Assembly (NCBI GenBank): GCA_965112735.1
Contig: OZ218965.1
Location: 1,612,001-1,676,000 of the forward strand
DNA from: Phaeosaccion multiseriatum
Taxonomy: Eukaryota > Protista > Ochrophyta, other classes
DNA length: 64,000 nucleotides
Direction of reading: 5' to 3'
Part shown: positions 34,620 to 47,476 of the stretch, piece after piece
How the letters are laid out: each line of letters begins with the position of its first letter
Position numbering within the stretch: the first letter of the stretch is position 1
The notes under the pieces: generated by a model
Database searches by the model: none
What the model saw: only the letters and a program-made list of their open reading frames with translations
What the model was told of the DNA's origin: nothing
Translations under genes and position numbers: made by a program

Positions 34620-37297
34620 CACTCACCCACTCAAACGATAGCACTCACTCACTCACTCACTCAATCACTCCCTCACTCCCTCACTCCCTCACTCACCCAC
34701 CCACTCACTCACTCACTCACTCACCCACCCACTCACTCACTCACTCACCCACTCACTCACTCACTCACTCACTCACTCACCCACCCACCCACCCACTCCC
34801 ACACTCACTCACTCACTCTCAATCACTCACTCACTCAGTCCCTCAGTTACTCACTCACGCACTCAGTCCCTCACTCACTCGCTCACTCACTCACCCACCC
34901 ACTCACTCGCTCACTAACTCACTCACTCACTCACCCACCCACCCACCCACTCACTCACTCATTCACTCACTCTCACTCACTCACTCACCCACTAACTCAC
35001 CCACCCACTCACTCAGTCCCTCAGTTACTCACTCACGCACTCAGTCCCTCACTCACTCGCTCACTCACTCACCCACCCACTCACTCACTCACTCACTCAC
35101 TCACTCACTCACTCACTCACCCACTCACTCACTCACTCACTCACTCACTCACTCACTCACTCACTCACTCACTCACTCACTCACTCACTCACTCACTCAC
35201 TCACTCACTCACTCACTCACTCACTCACTCACTCACTCACTCACTCACTCACTCACTCACTCACTCACTCACTCACTCACTCACTCACTCACTCACTCAC
35301 TCACTCACTCACTCACTCACCCACTCACTCACTCACTCACTCACTCACTCACTCACTCACTAACTCACTCACTCACTCACTCACTCACTCACTCACTCAC
35401 TCACTCACTCACTCACTCACTCACTCACTCACTCACTCACTCACTCACTCACTCACTCACTCACTCACTCACTCACTCACTCACTCACACACTCACACTC
35501 ACACTCGCTCACTCACCCACTCACTCACTCACTCACTCACTCACTCACTTCCTCACTCACGCACCCAGTCCCTCACTCACGCACTCACTCACTCACGCAC
35601 TCGCTCACTCACCCACTCACTCACTCACTCACTCACGCACTCACACTCACACTCGCTCACTCACGCACTCACTACCTCACTCACTACCTCACTCACTCAT
35701 TCCCTCACTCACTCACTCCCTCACTCACTCCCTCACTCACTCCCTCCCTCCCTCACTCACTCACGCACTCACTCACTCACTCACTCACTCACTCACTCAC
35801 TCCCTCACTCACTCACTCACTCACTCACTCACGCACTCACTCACTCACTCACTCACTCACTCACGCACTCACTACCTCACTCCCTCACTCCCTCACTCAC
35901 TCATTCACTGACTCACGCACTCACTCACCCATCCACTCACTCACTCACTCACTCACCCACTCACTCACTCACTCACTCACTCACTCACTCACTCACTCAC
36001 TCACTCACTCACTCACTCACTCACTCACTCACTCACTCACTCACTCACTCACTCACTCACTCACTCACTCACTCACTCACTCACTCACTCACTCACTCAC
36101 TCACTCACTCACTCACTCACTCACTCACTCACTCACTCACTCACTCACTCACTCTCTCACTCACTCACTCACTCACTCACTCACTACCTCACTCACTACC
36201 TCACTCACTCATTCCCTCACTCACTCACTGACTCACTCACTCCCTCACTCACTCCCTCCCTCCCTCACTCACTCACGCACTCACTCACTCACGCACTCAC
36301 TCACTCACGCACTCACTCACTCACGCACTCACTACCTCACTCCCTCACTCCCTCACTCACTCATTCACTGACTCACGCACTCACTCACCCATCCACTCAC
36401 TCACTCACTGACTCACCCACTCACCCACTCACTCACTCACTCACTCACTCACTCACTCACTCACTCACTCACTCACTCACTCACTCACTCACTCACTCAC
36501 TCACTCACTCACTCACTCACTCACTCACTCACTCACTCACTCACTCACTCACTCACTCACTCACTCACTCACTCACTCACTCACTCACTCATTCTCTCAC
36601 TCACTCACTCACTCACTCACGCACTCACTCACTTCCTCACTCACTCACGCACTCATTCCCTCACGCACTCAGTCCCTCACTCACTTATTCACTCACTCAC
36701 TCACTCATTCACTCACTCAATCACTCACTCACTCAGTCCCTCGCTCACGGACTCACTCACTCACTCCCTCCCTCACGCACCCAGTCACTCACTCACTCAC
36801 TCACGCACTCACTCACGCACTCTGTCCCTCACTCACTCCCTCCCTCCCTCCCTCCCTCACACACTCACTCACCCACCCACCCACCCACTCACTCACTCAT
36901 TCACTCACTCACTCCCTCACTCACTCCCTCCCTCACTCACTCACTCACTCACTCACTCACTCACTCACTCACGCACTCACCCACTCACTCACTCACTTCC
37001 TCACTCACTCACTCACCCACCCACCCACTCACTCACTCACTCACGCACTCACTCACTCATTCACTGACTCACGCACTCACTCACCCATCCACTCACTCAC
37101 CCATCCACCCACTCACTCCCTCACTCACTCACGCACTCACGCACTCACTCACTCCCTCACTCACTACCTCACTCACTCAGTCCCTCACTCACTTATTCAC
37201 TCACTCGATCTCCCAGTCACTCACTCAATCCCTCAACCCCCCCCCCCCTCCCCCCCCTCCCTCACTCACTCACGCATTCATTCACTCACTCACTCAC
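34620..37297 (+). repeat. (ACTC)n satellite array 2
   Basis: Same motif, strand and landmark variants as 28990-31735. Confidence 0.97.
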
Positions 37298-37427
37298 GGG
37301 TGAGAGTGAGGGTGAGGGTGGGGATGAGCCAGCATAGATGAGCACGTCTCTTCTTGAGTGAGATGCGGATAGTGTCGTTGGCATTCGATTAGATGGTCGG
37401 TCTGACAGAACTACAGCTTCCCTCCTC

Positions 37428-37487
<60 letters not shown>

Positions 37488-38160
37488 CTCAGTTGGTGTT
37501 GTCGTGGTTGTTCTGGTGGGCTCAGACTCCCCTCACCAGGCGTCTGCCAACCTCTTCAGCACCACGTTCGCCAACGCTGGGTTCGGGTCGTTAATGCACA
37601 CTGTGCACAGCTGTACGGGTGGCCGGGTCTTGGGCAGGAAAGGGAGAGCCATGGCGCCTGTGCATAGTGTAGACGGGGGGGAGCAGGGACACATCAATAC
37701 CTCAGATGCGGCACCAGCAGGGAGTAGATACTTGCTGCCCCCGCACTTACTTCTCTCCTCCATGCTGGGGCCGGTCGCGGTGCCGTGCCGACCGTCAGCT
37801 CCCTTGGCGCTGGACGCCTTGCCTGTGTAGGCAGGGAAAAACGAACAGCAGCAGCAGCCAGGTCAGTGCGACACGTGGCGACCCAGACACCCACAGTCAC
37901 GAGAAAACGCACCGCCCTCACTGGGGTCAAGCCCGCCCTCCTCCCCGATGAGGCGGATGTTGTTGTTGCCCTCCCTTCGGTTCTTCTGGGCGATGAGGCC
38001 TGCTCTCGAGGCGGAAGGGGGAGCAGCAGCCAGTCAGTCGTGAGGATGGGTGGGTGAGGTTGAATCCATACCACGCAGCACTCACCTTGGCCTTTCTCCC
38101 GCTGGACGGCACTGTCCATGCTTCCGTCGTCCACGTCACCGTAGCTACTCCCACTCCCCG

Positions 38161-38913
38161 ATAACGCTGGCCTTGTGGACGCCCTGTACATGCTGGCCAA
38201 GGAAGAAAGCCTGGCACCTGAGCTGTAGCAGCAGGTGCAAGACACCGTGAATGCGGCGATAGGCAAGGGCATAGCTCCTTCTCTAGGAGTATTCCTGCAG
38301 GCGGGGGAGAAGGATCCTCTCTTGTCTCTCGTCCGCAAGGCCTGCGCAGAGGTGGAGGTAGCTCCGGGGGTGACTCTTTCGAAGGTGCAGTTGGCCAAGT
38401 CACTCAGCCAGGATGTCCACGTCATCATGGCCGCCTGCGCGCCTCTGCAGGAGTTCGTCGACAGGACCCCGTACCGGGACCAAAAATTCGACCACAGCAC
38501 GCCGACCAACAATAGCCTCTTCTCCCGCCCCGAGAAGAGGCTATTGTTGGTCGGCGTGCTGTGGTCAAATTTTTGGTCCCGGTACGGGGTCCTGTCGACG
38601 AACTCCTGCAGAGGCGCGCAGGCGGCCATGATGACGTGGACATCCTGGCTGAGTGACTTGGCCAACTGCACCTTGCCCGAGCGCAGGCCTTGTGGACGAG
38701 AGGCAAGAGAGCATCCTCCTCCCCCGCCAGCAGGAATACTCCTAGAGAAGGAGCTATGCCCTTGCCTTCCCTCTGCGCCCTCCCTCGAGGCAGCCTCCCC
38801 CGCAGCACGCTCAATCGCCGCATTCACGGTGTCTTGCACCTGCTGCTGCAGCTCAGGTGCCAGGCTTTCTTCCTTGGCCAGCATGTACAGGGCGTCCACA
38901 AGGCCAGCGTTAT
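38161..38913. repeat. ~750-bp palindrome with 7-nt spacer (38525-38531)
   Basis: ataacgctggccttgtggacg...cctcttctc-ccgcccc-gagaagagg...cgtccacaaggccagcgttat. Confidence 0.95.
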
Positions 38914-39006
38914 AAACGGGGGTTCCGAGACGAATCTCCCTATCCTTCTTCCTTGCCTTGCTTGCCGCCTTGCTTACCGCATTGCTGCTGGTGGTGGTGG
39001 TGGGAC

Positions 39007-39044
<38 letters not shown>

Positions 39045-39303
39045 CTGCTGCTGCTCTTGCTGCCGCTTTCGTCACTCTCCTCCTCCCAATCGCTTTCATC
39101 GCTCTCATCCTCCCAATCGCCTTCATCGCTCTCATCCTCCCAATCGCTTTCGACGTCGAGTTCTCCTGCAGGTGCGTGTGGAAGAAAAAAGAGAAAGGGG
39201 GGGGGGGCATGAGTTCCTACTAGGTGGTGTGGACACGGGAAAAAAAAGGCATCACTCACTCCACTCCAATCCTTCCTTCCTTCCGCCCTCACCTGGCCAG
39301 CCC

Positions 39304-39342
<39 letters not shown>

Positions 39343-39580
39343 CTGTTGCTTGTTGTCCACAAGTCGCTCAACGTCTTCCGACTGGGTGCTGGTTGCTGCG
39401 GAGGCTGCCGCTCCTGAGCGGTCGTCTCTGGCTGCCTTCTTGCTTGCCCGTCCCTTGCCCGTCGGTCGACGCGTCTTGTCGCTTCCTCTTCCGCCGATAT
39501 CGCCTCTTCCGGAGACTTTCCGCGATGGTGTGGGTACCGGTAGCTTCTCCAGAGGGGGGGCGATCCATGTCCATTCGTGG
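38532..39580 (-). pseudogene. Unidentified intron-containing gene fragment truncated at the palindrome centre
   Basis: Donor at ~39290, acceptor at ~39165; acidic (DWEDESDE)x3 then REIRLGTPVYNAGLVDALYMLAKEE...; frameshifts. Confidence 0.45.
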
Positions 39581-39664
39581 CTGAAAGAGAGAGAGAGGCC
39601 ATTGGCGCGCAACAGTAGTGAAAGAGGGAGAGAAAATGATGATGAGAGAGGGCTTCTTGTCGCG

Positions 39665-39749
39665 GGCGGGCGCTATCGGGCTCCGATAGCGGATAGCGCG
39701 CCGGCTCGCGCCGGCGATAGCGGATAGCGTATATTCTATCAGGGGTTGA
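39665..39749 (-). mobile_element. Half MITE of the CTATCCG family
   Basis: gatagcggatagcg repeats ending ctatcaggggttga; same flank (gcccatcc) as 24639; other terminus missing. Confidence 0.7.
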
Positions 39750-40278
39750 GGATGGGCTCCACACCACGCCACCTATTCGCTGCTGACAATGACGCACGCG
39801 CGAGGGTGCTCCATGGAAGCATCACGCGACGCACACGCACCTGTTGTATTTGTTCTTGTGCTCTCTGTAGCTGTCTGTGTTGGGCTTGTTTTGGTGGCCG
39901 GGAGTAAGCAGACAACCCCGGGGGGGTGAGGCCTCTTTTCGATTGGAGAACCAACCGTGTTGACGACGTGCGTACACGTTGCTTCGGACAGACGCAGGAC
40001 GAGGAGGAGCGAGCTTGGTTCTGGTGGCAACAAGCACCATGGACTTTGAGGTAGTGGCCTAGCTACCGCTCACTCCCAAGTTCTCTGTGATGTAGCGACG
40101 GAGGAATGATAGATGTTGCTAATGTCTAATACCACTCCCTTGATGATGCCCTTTGTCCCCTCCTTTTACACCTGCCTCAATCATGTCCTATACGCTCTTG
40201 CCTTTAGTATCCCCTTTGCCCCCTACACGGCCTCGGGTGACACGAGTGACGAGCACGACACCAGCACCGGTGCAGCCA

Positions 40279-40415
40279 ACCCAGCACTGCCACACCTGTG
40301 GGCATCTGCACAACACGCACACACACGGCCCTGCACCTGACTTTGGGTCTCGATGTAGCGCTAGGCCGTGTGTGTGTGTGATGTACAGATGCCCACAGGT
40401 GTGGCAGTGCTGGGT
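40279..40415. repeat. 137-bp stem-loop, copy 3 (~0.8 kb downstream of Vps33 stop)
   Basis: Arms extend to cacacggcc/ggccgtgtg. Confidence 0.9.
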
Positions 40416-41203
40416 AGCGGACCGCCCGCCCCCTCGCTGGAGCGCCAGCTACCTTCTCCTTCGGGGAAGCGGCTGAGAGGCGTACTCTCACTCTGTCCGT
40501 GCCATCAAAGACAGCACGTCTCTCCGACAGAGCCGACGCCCAGCCAAGGTCGGGGTGGTGCTCTTCCCCTGACCCATATGCCCTACCACCCCTTGGCCCA
40601 TGCAATGCCTTGGTGCGGCACGTGCTCCACATCCAGCGACTCTGACAAGGGGAAGAAAGTCACGGTACCACAAGAAGATGAGTCCCAAGCATGCATGACT
40701 GCGCCACTTCTCTGCCCTTTGGAGGGGACGGGGGGGGGGGGGGGCACGGCGGAGGGGGGACAGGGCTGAGGCGGGGGGGAAGGGGGGCTCATTCATTCGC
40801 TCCTCGACTGCGGCAGCGCACAGGCGTTCCAATGGAACGCGCGATGAATGACCTGCTGTGCTACCTGGTGTCTGCTCTACGGTACCACCTGGTGTCTTCC
40901 GTGGGTCCTAATGGTGTCTGCTGCTGGTCCTCCGCAACGGTACCACTTGTTGGTCCTACTTACTCCTCTTACCTTGTGGTCGCGCGTCTCGTTGCAGTTG
41001 CACAGCCGGCTCTTGGTTCAACACCGTCACGAGCATCGAACAGCAAGATGACTGTGTTGCCCCACACATCGGCAATGCCACCGCAAGGGGTGAGAAACTT
41101 CGTCCTCTCCTGCTGCTGGCTTGTCTGTTCTGCACGAGACAAGTCGAGCTCGACCTCTGGTTCCGGGCTCGTTTGTCTTGCCCCCCCCCCAAATCACCAA
41201 GCA

Positions 41204-41906
41204 TCACCGCATGAGGTTGTTCTCAAAGCCTGGCATGAGACTCTGCGTGTCAGAAGAGAGAGAGAGTAAGCGAGGCAACGCGCAATACAAAGGGTAGAGC
41301 GCAACTTGTCGGCAGCAGGACTTTGGAATCATCATCACGCAGGAGAAGCACTACAGAGAGCGACGGCACCTTGCACGCGCATCACGCGCCCTCACCTCCA
41401 CAACCTTGTCCCCGTTGGTGATCTGCGTGGTCGCCATGACAATCTGGAAGGGAACTGGACCGCCCAGGGAAGGAAGGAAGGAAGGAAGGAAGGTGACGAA
41501 GTAGTTTGGTCAGCCCGCGTGCGTTGCAACAAAAGCAAACTGCATGGAGCCTCCCATCCACTTCTTCCTTGCAGCCGCCAAAGAAGAAGCATCTCATCTC
41601 TGACTGACCTGACCTTCCCCCGCGCAGCGAGTCCAGCACTCTACACTCCACGACTCTCCACTCCTCCTGCCCTACTCACAGTGCTCAGATACAATTCACA
41701 CTCCTCCTGCATTGCTCATACTCACATTCCTTCTGCCTCGACAAGAAGCGCAGCGCCGCAATCTCCATGAAGGTCATGCCTCCGATAAAGTACACGAGCA
41801 TGACCTTCTTCGTTGGCATGCCGACTTGCGACTGCGGGGCGGCGGCGGCACCACCAGCTTCGGCATACTCACGCACTGCGCAGAGCAAGGGAACAAAAGA
41901 AAAGTC

Positions 41907-41947
<41 letters not shown>

Positions 41948-44900
41948 CACATGGTGAGCGCGAGCAGTGGAAACGTCTGTCGGGGCAGAAACAGAACCCC
42001 AAAAGCGCAGAAAGGCACAGGGGCTGTAAAAGGGTGACCAGACCGGCCTAACTACCCTACCTGCTTCCTCCAAGTCTTCCACGGGCTCCAGCGCCGATTG
42101 GTCAAACTCCGTCAACAGGCCGGGCAAGAGCCGGAGGGCTTCTGCCACAGAGGCGTTGCCCCATCCGCCCGCGCGAGCCGCGGCCTGCACCAGACGGACG
42201 GAGAGCGGGCAGTAGCCCGACGATACGTAGCCAATGTCATCGAGGCCAGGGGTGTGCACGTCGACGCTGTCGTTAATGAGGCGCAAGGAGCGACGTAGGG
42301 TGTTCCACGTGCTGCTGCCACTGCCCGAGCGAGAGGAGGTGAGGAGGAGGAGGAGGAGGAGGAGGAGGAGGAGGAGGAGGAGGAGGAGGAGGAGGAGGAG
42401 GAGGAGGAGGAGGAGGAGACATGACAAGGATCAGAGGGGGTAGAGGGCTACTCCCGTGTCGTCTGCCCAAGATAGTCCTCCCTCTGCACTGCTGACAGCC
42501 CCCCTGGAATAGCCCTCTCTCACGCACGCCTTCCCACCCACCTGTCCACCCCCCACGAGGCCTCTCTCTTGTGCAGAAGCCCAATCTTCTCCAAGTTGGT
42601 GAGCGTAAAGAGGTGTTCGTAGCCGTACGTCTGGACGATTTCGCGCTTCAGAGTGTCGTACTTGTTGCTGTGCGTGCGTGCGTGCGTGTGCGAGAGACAG
42701 AGAGATAGAGGGAAGGATTCGGCGGCGGCGGTAGGGATTGAGCAGTTGTCGAGCAACACTCCGAAAGGGGAGGCAGCGCGGGGGGGGAGCTCCATGACCA
42801 GTGCGAGGCTCAAGGAAATACTACTTTTTCTTCTTCCTCCCTCTGGGTAATCATGTAGTACATATTTGGAGCATGCAAGCCCACATCAGCCCGACCCTCC
42901 CTCCCAGCCCACCTGCGTATACCGCCATTTGTGACGCTCTGGAGACAGAGTAGGCGAAGCACTCTCAGCACGGGCTCCTGCGAGTAGAGTAGAGGGCATA
43001 CATACATACGCACGAGTGAAAGGATGAACGAACAACTGTGCAACGCATCATCAATTGACTGAACGAGGCACCATACAACCAACGTACGAGGTCCCTTCTC
43101 CCCCCTCCCGCGAACCCTATTTCGAATACAATGTAGTCTCGTCTTCCTTTCCTCTCCACTACCCAATGCAAGACTGGCGTGCCAAATGCCGACCCTCCCA
43201 AACACTTGCCCTTCCCTCACCTCCTCCTGCCCTACCGTGTATCACCAACTGCCCCTGGTACCTGCATGTTGATGGCCTCCTCCAGCATCTCGTAGTTAAT
43301 GTCTCCCTCCAGCATACTCCGCTCCGTCTGCCAGCGCTGCCGAAAGGCCGGGGAGTCCGTGGTCTTCTTGATAAGCTCGGCAATGTTGATGTGCTGCGTT
43401 GCCGACCTGTAGGCAGTGCGTGCGGTGAGGGGTGGGGGAGAAGTGAGAATGGGGGCTAGTCGAATGAGACGAGGGAGGAAAGAGGAGGGGAGAAGGGCGC
43501 CGGGAGGAAAGGAGGGGAGTGCTGTCTCCGACTACCACTACTACTACTACGACTACTACTGCTGCTACTACTACTACCACTACTACTGCTACGACGACAA
43601 CGACGCCACGACCACCACCACCACCATAACCACTACAACTTTATAGCAACTCTCTGCCTCTCCCTCCCTGCCTCTCCATCTCTCCCAACTCCCTCGCTCC
43701 TCTCTCTCCCCCTCTCTCCTCTCTCTCTCTCTCTCTCCCTCTCTCCTCTCTCTTTCTACTCTCTCTCTCTCTCTCTCTCTCGCCTTACTTGTAGTTCTGC
43801 GTAAGGCCAGGGATGCGCTTTACAAAGTCATGTATCTCCCCGATGGATTGGTCCTTGTTGCTGCGGAAGCTCGAGTACGAAGCTCGAATCTCCTTGGCTT
43901 TTTCCTGTGTGAGACGGGGGCATGCCAGGCAAGAAGGCAGGAGGACGCACACAAACACCGACGGGGAGATAAGACATGACACAACAACACTTCCAACAAA
44001 CTGTTCTCTTGCCTCATGAATGAGTCCCCTCCCCATGATGCCGTGAGGTGAGTGAGAGAGTGAGTGAGTGAGAGAGCGAGTGAGTGAGTGAGTGAGCGAG
44101 TGAGTGAGTGAGTGAGAGAGTGAGTGAGTGAGGGCGTGCTCCGCTCCCTCATACTTTACTCACTCATGCTCCGCTCCCTCATACTCCTCCGCTCGGATTA
44201 CCTGAAGGAAGGGCCCGAGAGCCTCAACGTTGAGATCCCGAATGACGCCAAACAAGGCGTCGTTCGAGTTGAGCGGAATGGCGACCTGCTTCTGCTTCTT
44301 CTTCCCTCCTGCCCCTCCCTGTGCAGCACTGCTGCCCCCCCCCGCTGCCCCACCACCGCCCTCCTTCTTGCCAGCCCCTGCCCCCCCCGGGGACTCCTCC
44401 ACTCCCGCCAAGTCGGGGTCGAGCTTCACAAAGCCGTTGCCAATGCCAATCAGCTCGTCGATCAAACCTGTTGACGGACAAACCAATTGGCATACATACA
44501 AACGCGGGGGGAGGGGCAAGTGGGAATCAATGACATAAGGTGCACACGATGAAGAACGACAAGTGAGGAGGGTCGGTTTCTGCCCTGCCCTACCCTACCC
44601 TGCACACCCTCACCCCCTACTCCGTGAGCCTGTACCGGCCCCTCCCCTCCCCTCCAGAGAGAGAGAGAGAGAGAGAGTATAGCCCTCCGTAGTACTAGTA
44701 CCTTCGTACCTTCGTAGGTGAGCGGCGTGACCAACGCCGAGGCCAGGTCCACCCCCCTGTCGAGCATGACGAGGGTGTCGATGGAAGGCACCCTACAGCT
44801 CTCATCGTCGGGCTGCTGCGGGTCCATCTCCTCGAGAGAGAGACGGAGGAGCTTCTTGAGCACCTGTTTGCTGCTCGAGCCCTTGGCCTGGACAATAGCA

Positions 44901-46894
44901 AAGGAGGGAGGGAGGGAGGGAGGGAGGGAGGGAGGGAGGGAGGGAGGGAGGGAGGGAGGGAGGGAGGGAGGGAGGGAGGGAGGGAGCGAGTGAGGGAGCG
45001 AGGGAGGGAGCGAGGGAAATAACAAGAGTGAGTGAGGGAGGGAGGGAGAAAGTGCTGGCCACATAGTTATACGTAAAGGGGAGGTCGTGGGTGTTGCACA
45101 TACACAAGAGGCCGCCCTGCCGCCCTGCCACACAATACCACGCACGCCAAGTGATGCATTGGGACGGGCTGAGCTGCGGCGAGTGTCTTCTGCTCGCACC
45201 CTGCTGCTGCTCCTCACAGAGGCTCCTCTGCTGTCTTGTACAACACCCCCCTCGCTTCGATCGACCTCTTTCCTTCCTCACTGACTGTCTGACTGACTGA
45301 CTGACTGACCGACTGACTCACTGACTCACTGATTGACATCAACTGACTGACTGAATGACTGACTGACTGACTGACTCACTGACTGACTCACTGATTGACA
45401 TCAGCTGACTGACTGACTGACTCACTGACTGACTTACTGACTGACCGACTGACATCAACTGACTGACTGACTGACTGACTGACTGACTGACTGACTGACT
45501 GACTGACTGACTGACTGATTGACTGACTGACCGACTGACATCAACTGACTGACTCACTGACTGACTCACTGACTCGCTGACTGCACTTGATGTGTGAGCT
45601 ATTTCGTGCTAATTCGCTCACCTTGACGTGTGGGATGGTGCCGAAAATGGCTTGCAGCTTCTGCAGCGACCTGCGGGCAATCGAAGCAAGAGGGGGCGCC
45701 ACATCACCCCGTACCACAGCGTCAATTGATAGAGAGAGGAATAAGAGAGAGAGAAAAGGTAGGGCGGAGGGTCTCTTGCCCCTCTCAATTGATAGAGAGG
45801 AGCAAGAGAGGGGAAAGGTGGGTAGGGCGGAGGGAGCCTCGGGTCCGAGCGAGGCCACCCCTATAGGCAAGCACCAAAGCACCAAAGCACCAAAGCAGTC
45901 CCCACCCCCCCCCCCCCTACCCTTTCCTCACCTGGCTACAGTGGTGAGCGAGCCGTAGTCGGCGTCAAGCAAGCACTCGCGGAAGAGCTGATCCAGCTCC
46001 AGAGACAACACGTCCTAAGGATACACGAGAGGAGGGTGTACAGCAAGGGCACAAGGCCGAGGAGTCCGTCAGTCTGCCAGCTACTGCAGCTAAGGCGGGC
46101 GAGAGGCTGGCCGCCCTCTCTCTCTCTCCGTGCCTCTTGTCTCTGACTCTCTCTCTTTCGTCCTCTGTCTTCTCCCCCCTTACCTCTTCTCTCTGTCTCC
46201 CTCTCTTTCGTCCTCTGTCTTCTCGCCCCTTACCTCTTCTCTCTGTCTCCCTCTCTTTCGTCCTCTGTCTTCTCTCCCCTTACCTCTTCTCTCTGACTCT
46301 CTCTCTCGTCCTCTGTCTTCTCCCCCCTTACCTCTTCTCTCTGTCTCTCTCTCTCCGTGCCTCTTCTCCCTGACTCTCTCTCTCTCTTTCTCTCTCTCTT
46401 TCGTCCTCTGTCTTCTCTCCCCTTACCTCTTCTCTCTCTGTCTCTCTCTTTCGCCCTCTGTCTTCTCTCCCCTTACCTCTTCTCTCTCTCTCTTTCGTCC
46501 CCTGTCTTCTCTCACATTACCTCTTCTCTCTGTCTCTCTCCCCCCTTACCTCTTCTCTCTGACTCTCTCTCCCCCTGCCTCTTCTTATTTTTCCCCTGCC
46601 CCCCCCTGTTCTCCGCCTCTCCCTCCCTCCCTCCCTGCCCCTGTTCTCCCCATTCTCTGTCCCTCCCCCTCTCCCTCCCTCCCTCCCTCCCTCCCCCTCT
46701 CCCCAGATTCTCTGACCCTCTCCCTCTCCTTCCCTCTCTTCCCCCCCCCCTCTCTCTCTACCTCGTCCAACCTTCTCAAAGGGCACGAGGTCCAGCGGAA
46801 AGTCGCCCACATCGATTTTCCTCAGCACATTCTCCTCCTTGAGTATCTGCTGACACACCAGCGTGCGCTGCGGTACAAAGAACACCTGCCGGCA

Positions 46895-46925
<31 letters not shown>

Positions 46926-47476
46926 AGGCCAACAAACAAGCAAAACCCAAATGTCAGGCGCTCTGTTGGGGGGCAGAGGCCATCCATCCCCTTGTTGTTT
47001 ACCTTGTATCGAAAGTCGTAGGCACCCCCTTGCTTGGTCCGGGTGTGTATCTGGTCAGCGATGAACTTCATGTTGGGGATGGTGGGTCGTACCATGTAGA
47101 TGATCTGGTCGGGATCCACAGACGTCCTGAGCAGCAGCAGCAAGGCACGCCAGGCGGGGGTGGGTTTAATTCAGATACAATACATCGTCTCTCTTTCCCG
47201 GACCCACACTCACCCTCCTGCCGCCGCCGAGATGGCAGTCCCCCCAAGGCCGCTGAGCCCGCTCCTGAGCTCTCTAAAGTAAACGACGCCCTTCTCCTTG
47301 AGCAGCCGGCTGCCCTCGGGCACGACATGGTTGAGCAGCCCGCCAATAAAGCTGTCCAGCACCAAGCACTTGCTGCCGGGCAGCCGGTCCAGAAGCGCAT
47401 TCAGCTCAGCCCTCGCATCTTCTCGCAGCAGCTCCAAATTGATCGCCGCGCCATCAAGCGACAGGCCCTGCACCAT
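41204..47476 (-). CDS. VPS33: Vacuolar protein sorting 33 (Sec1/Munc18 family), multi-exon
   Basis: Exons: INLELLREDARAEL..KCLVLD; FFVPQRTLVC..DLVPFE; LVMLDRGVDLASALVTPLTYEG; LIDELIGI; LNSNDALFGVIRDLN; QHINIAE; VLRLLCLQSVTNGGI; IVQTYGYEH; DIGYVSSGYCPLSVRLVQ; LVYFIGGMTFMEIAALRFL; ATTQITNG; SLMPGFENNLMR*. Confidence 0.93.
45280..45585 (+). repeat. Intronic (GACT)n microsatellite
   Basis: Tetranucleotide run inside a Vps33 intron. Confidence 0.92.
46125..46580 (-). repeat. Intronic ~49-bp minisatellite
   Basis: cccttacctcttctctctgtctc..tttcgtcctctgtcttct repeated about 8 times. Confidence 0.88.

Noticed and set aside
28945-35911. THSL, PPSL and GGRE ORFs
   Set aside because: Translations of (ACTC)n, (CCCT)n and (AGGG)n
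37694-39292. 532-aa ORF
   Set aside because: Reads through an intron, frameshifted exon and the antisense arm of the palindrome; not a coherent protein
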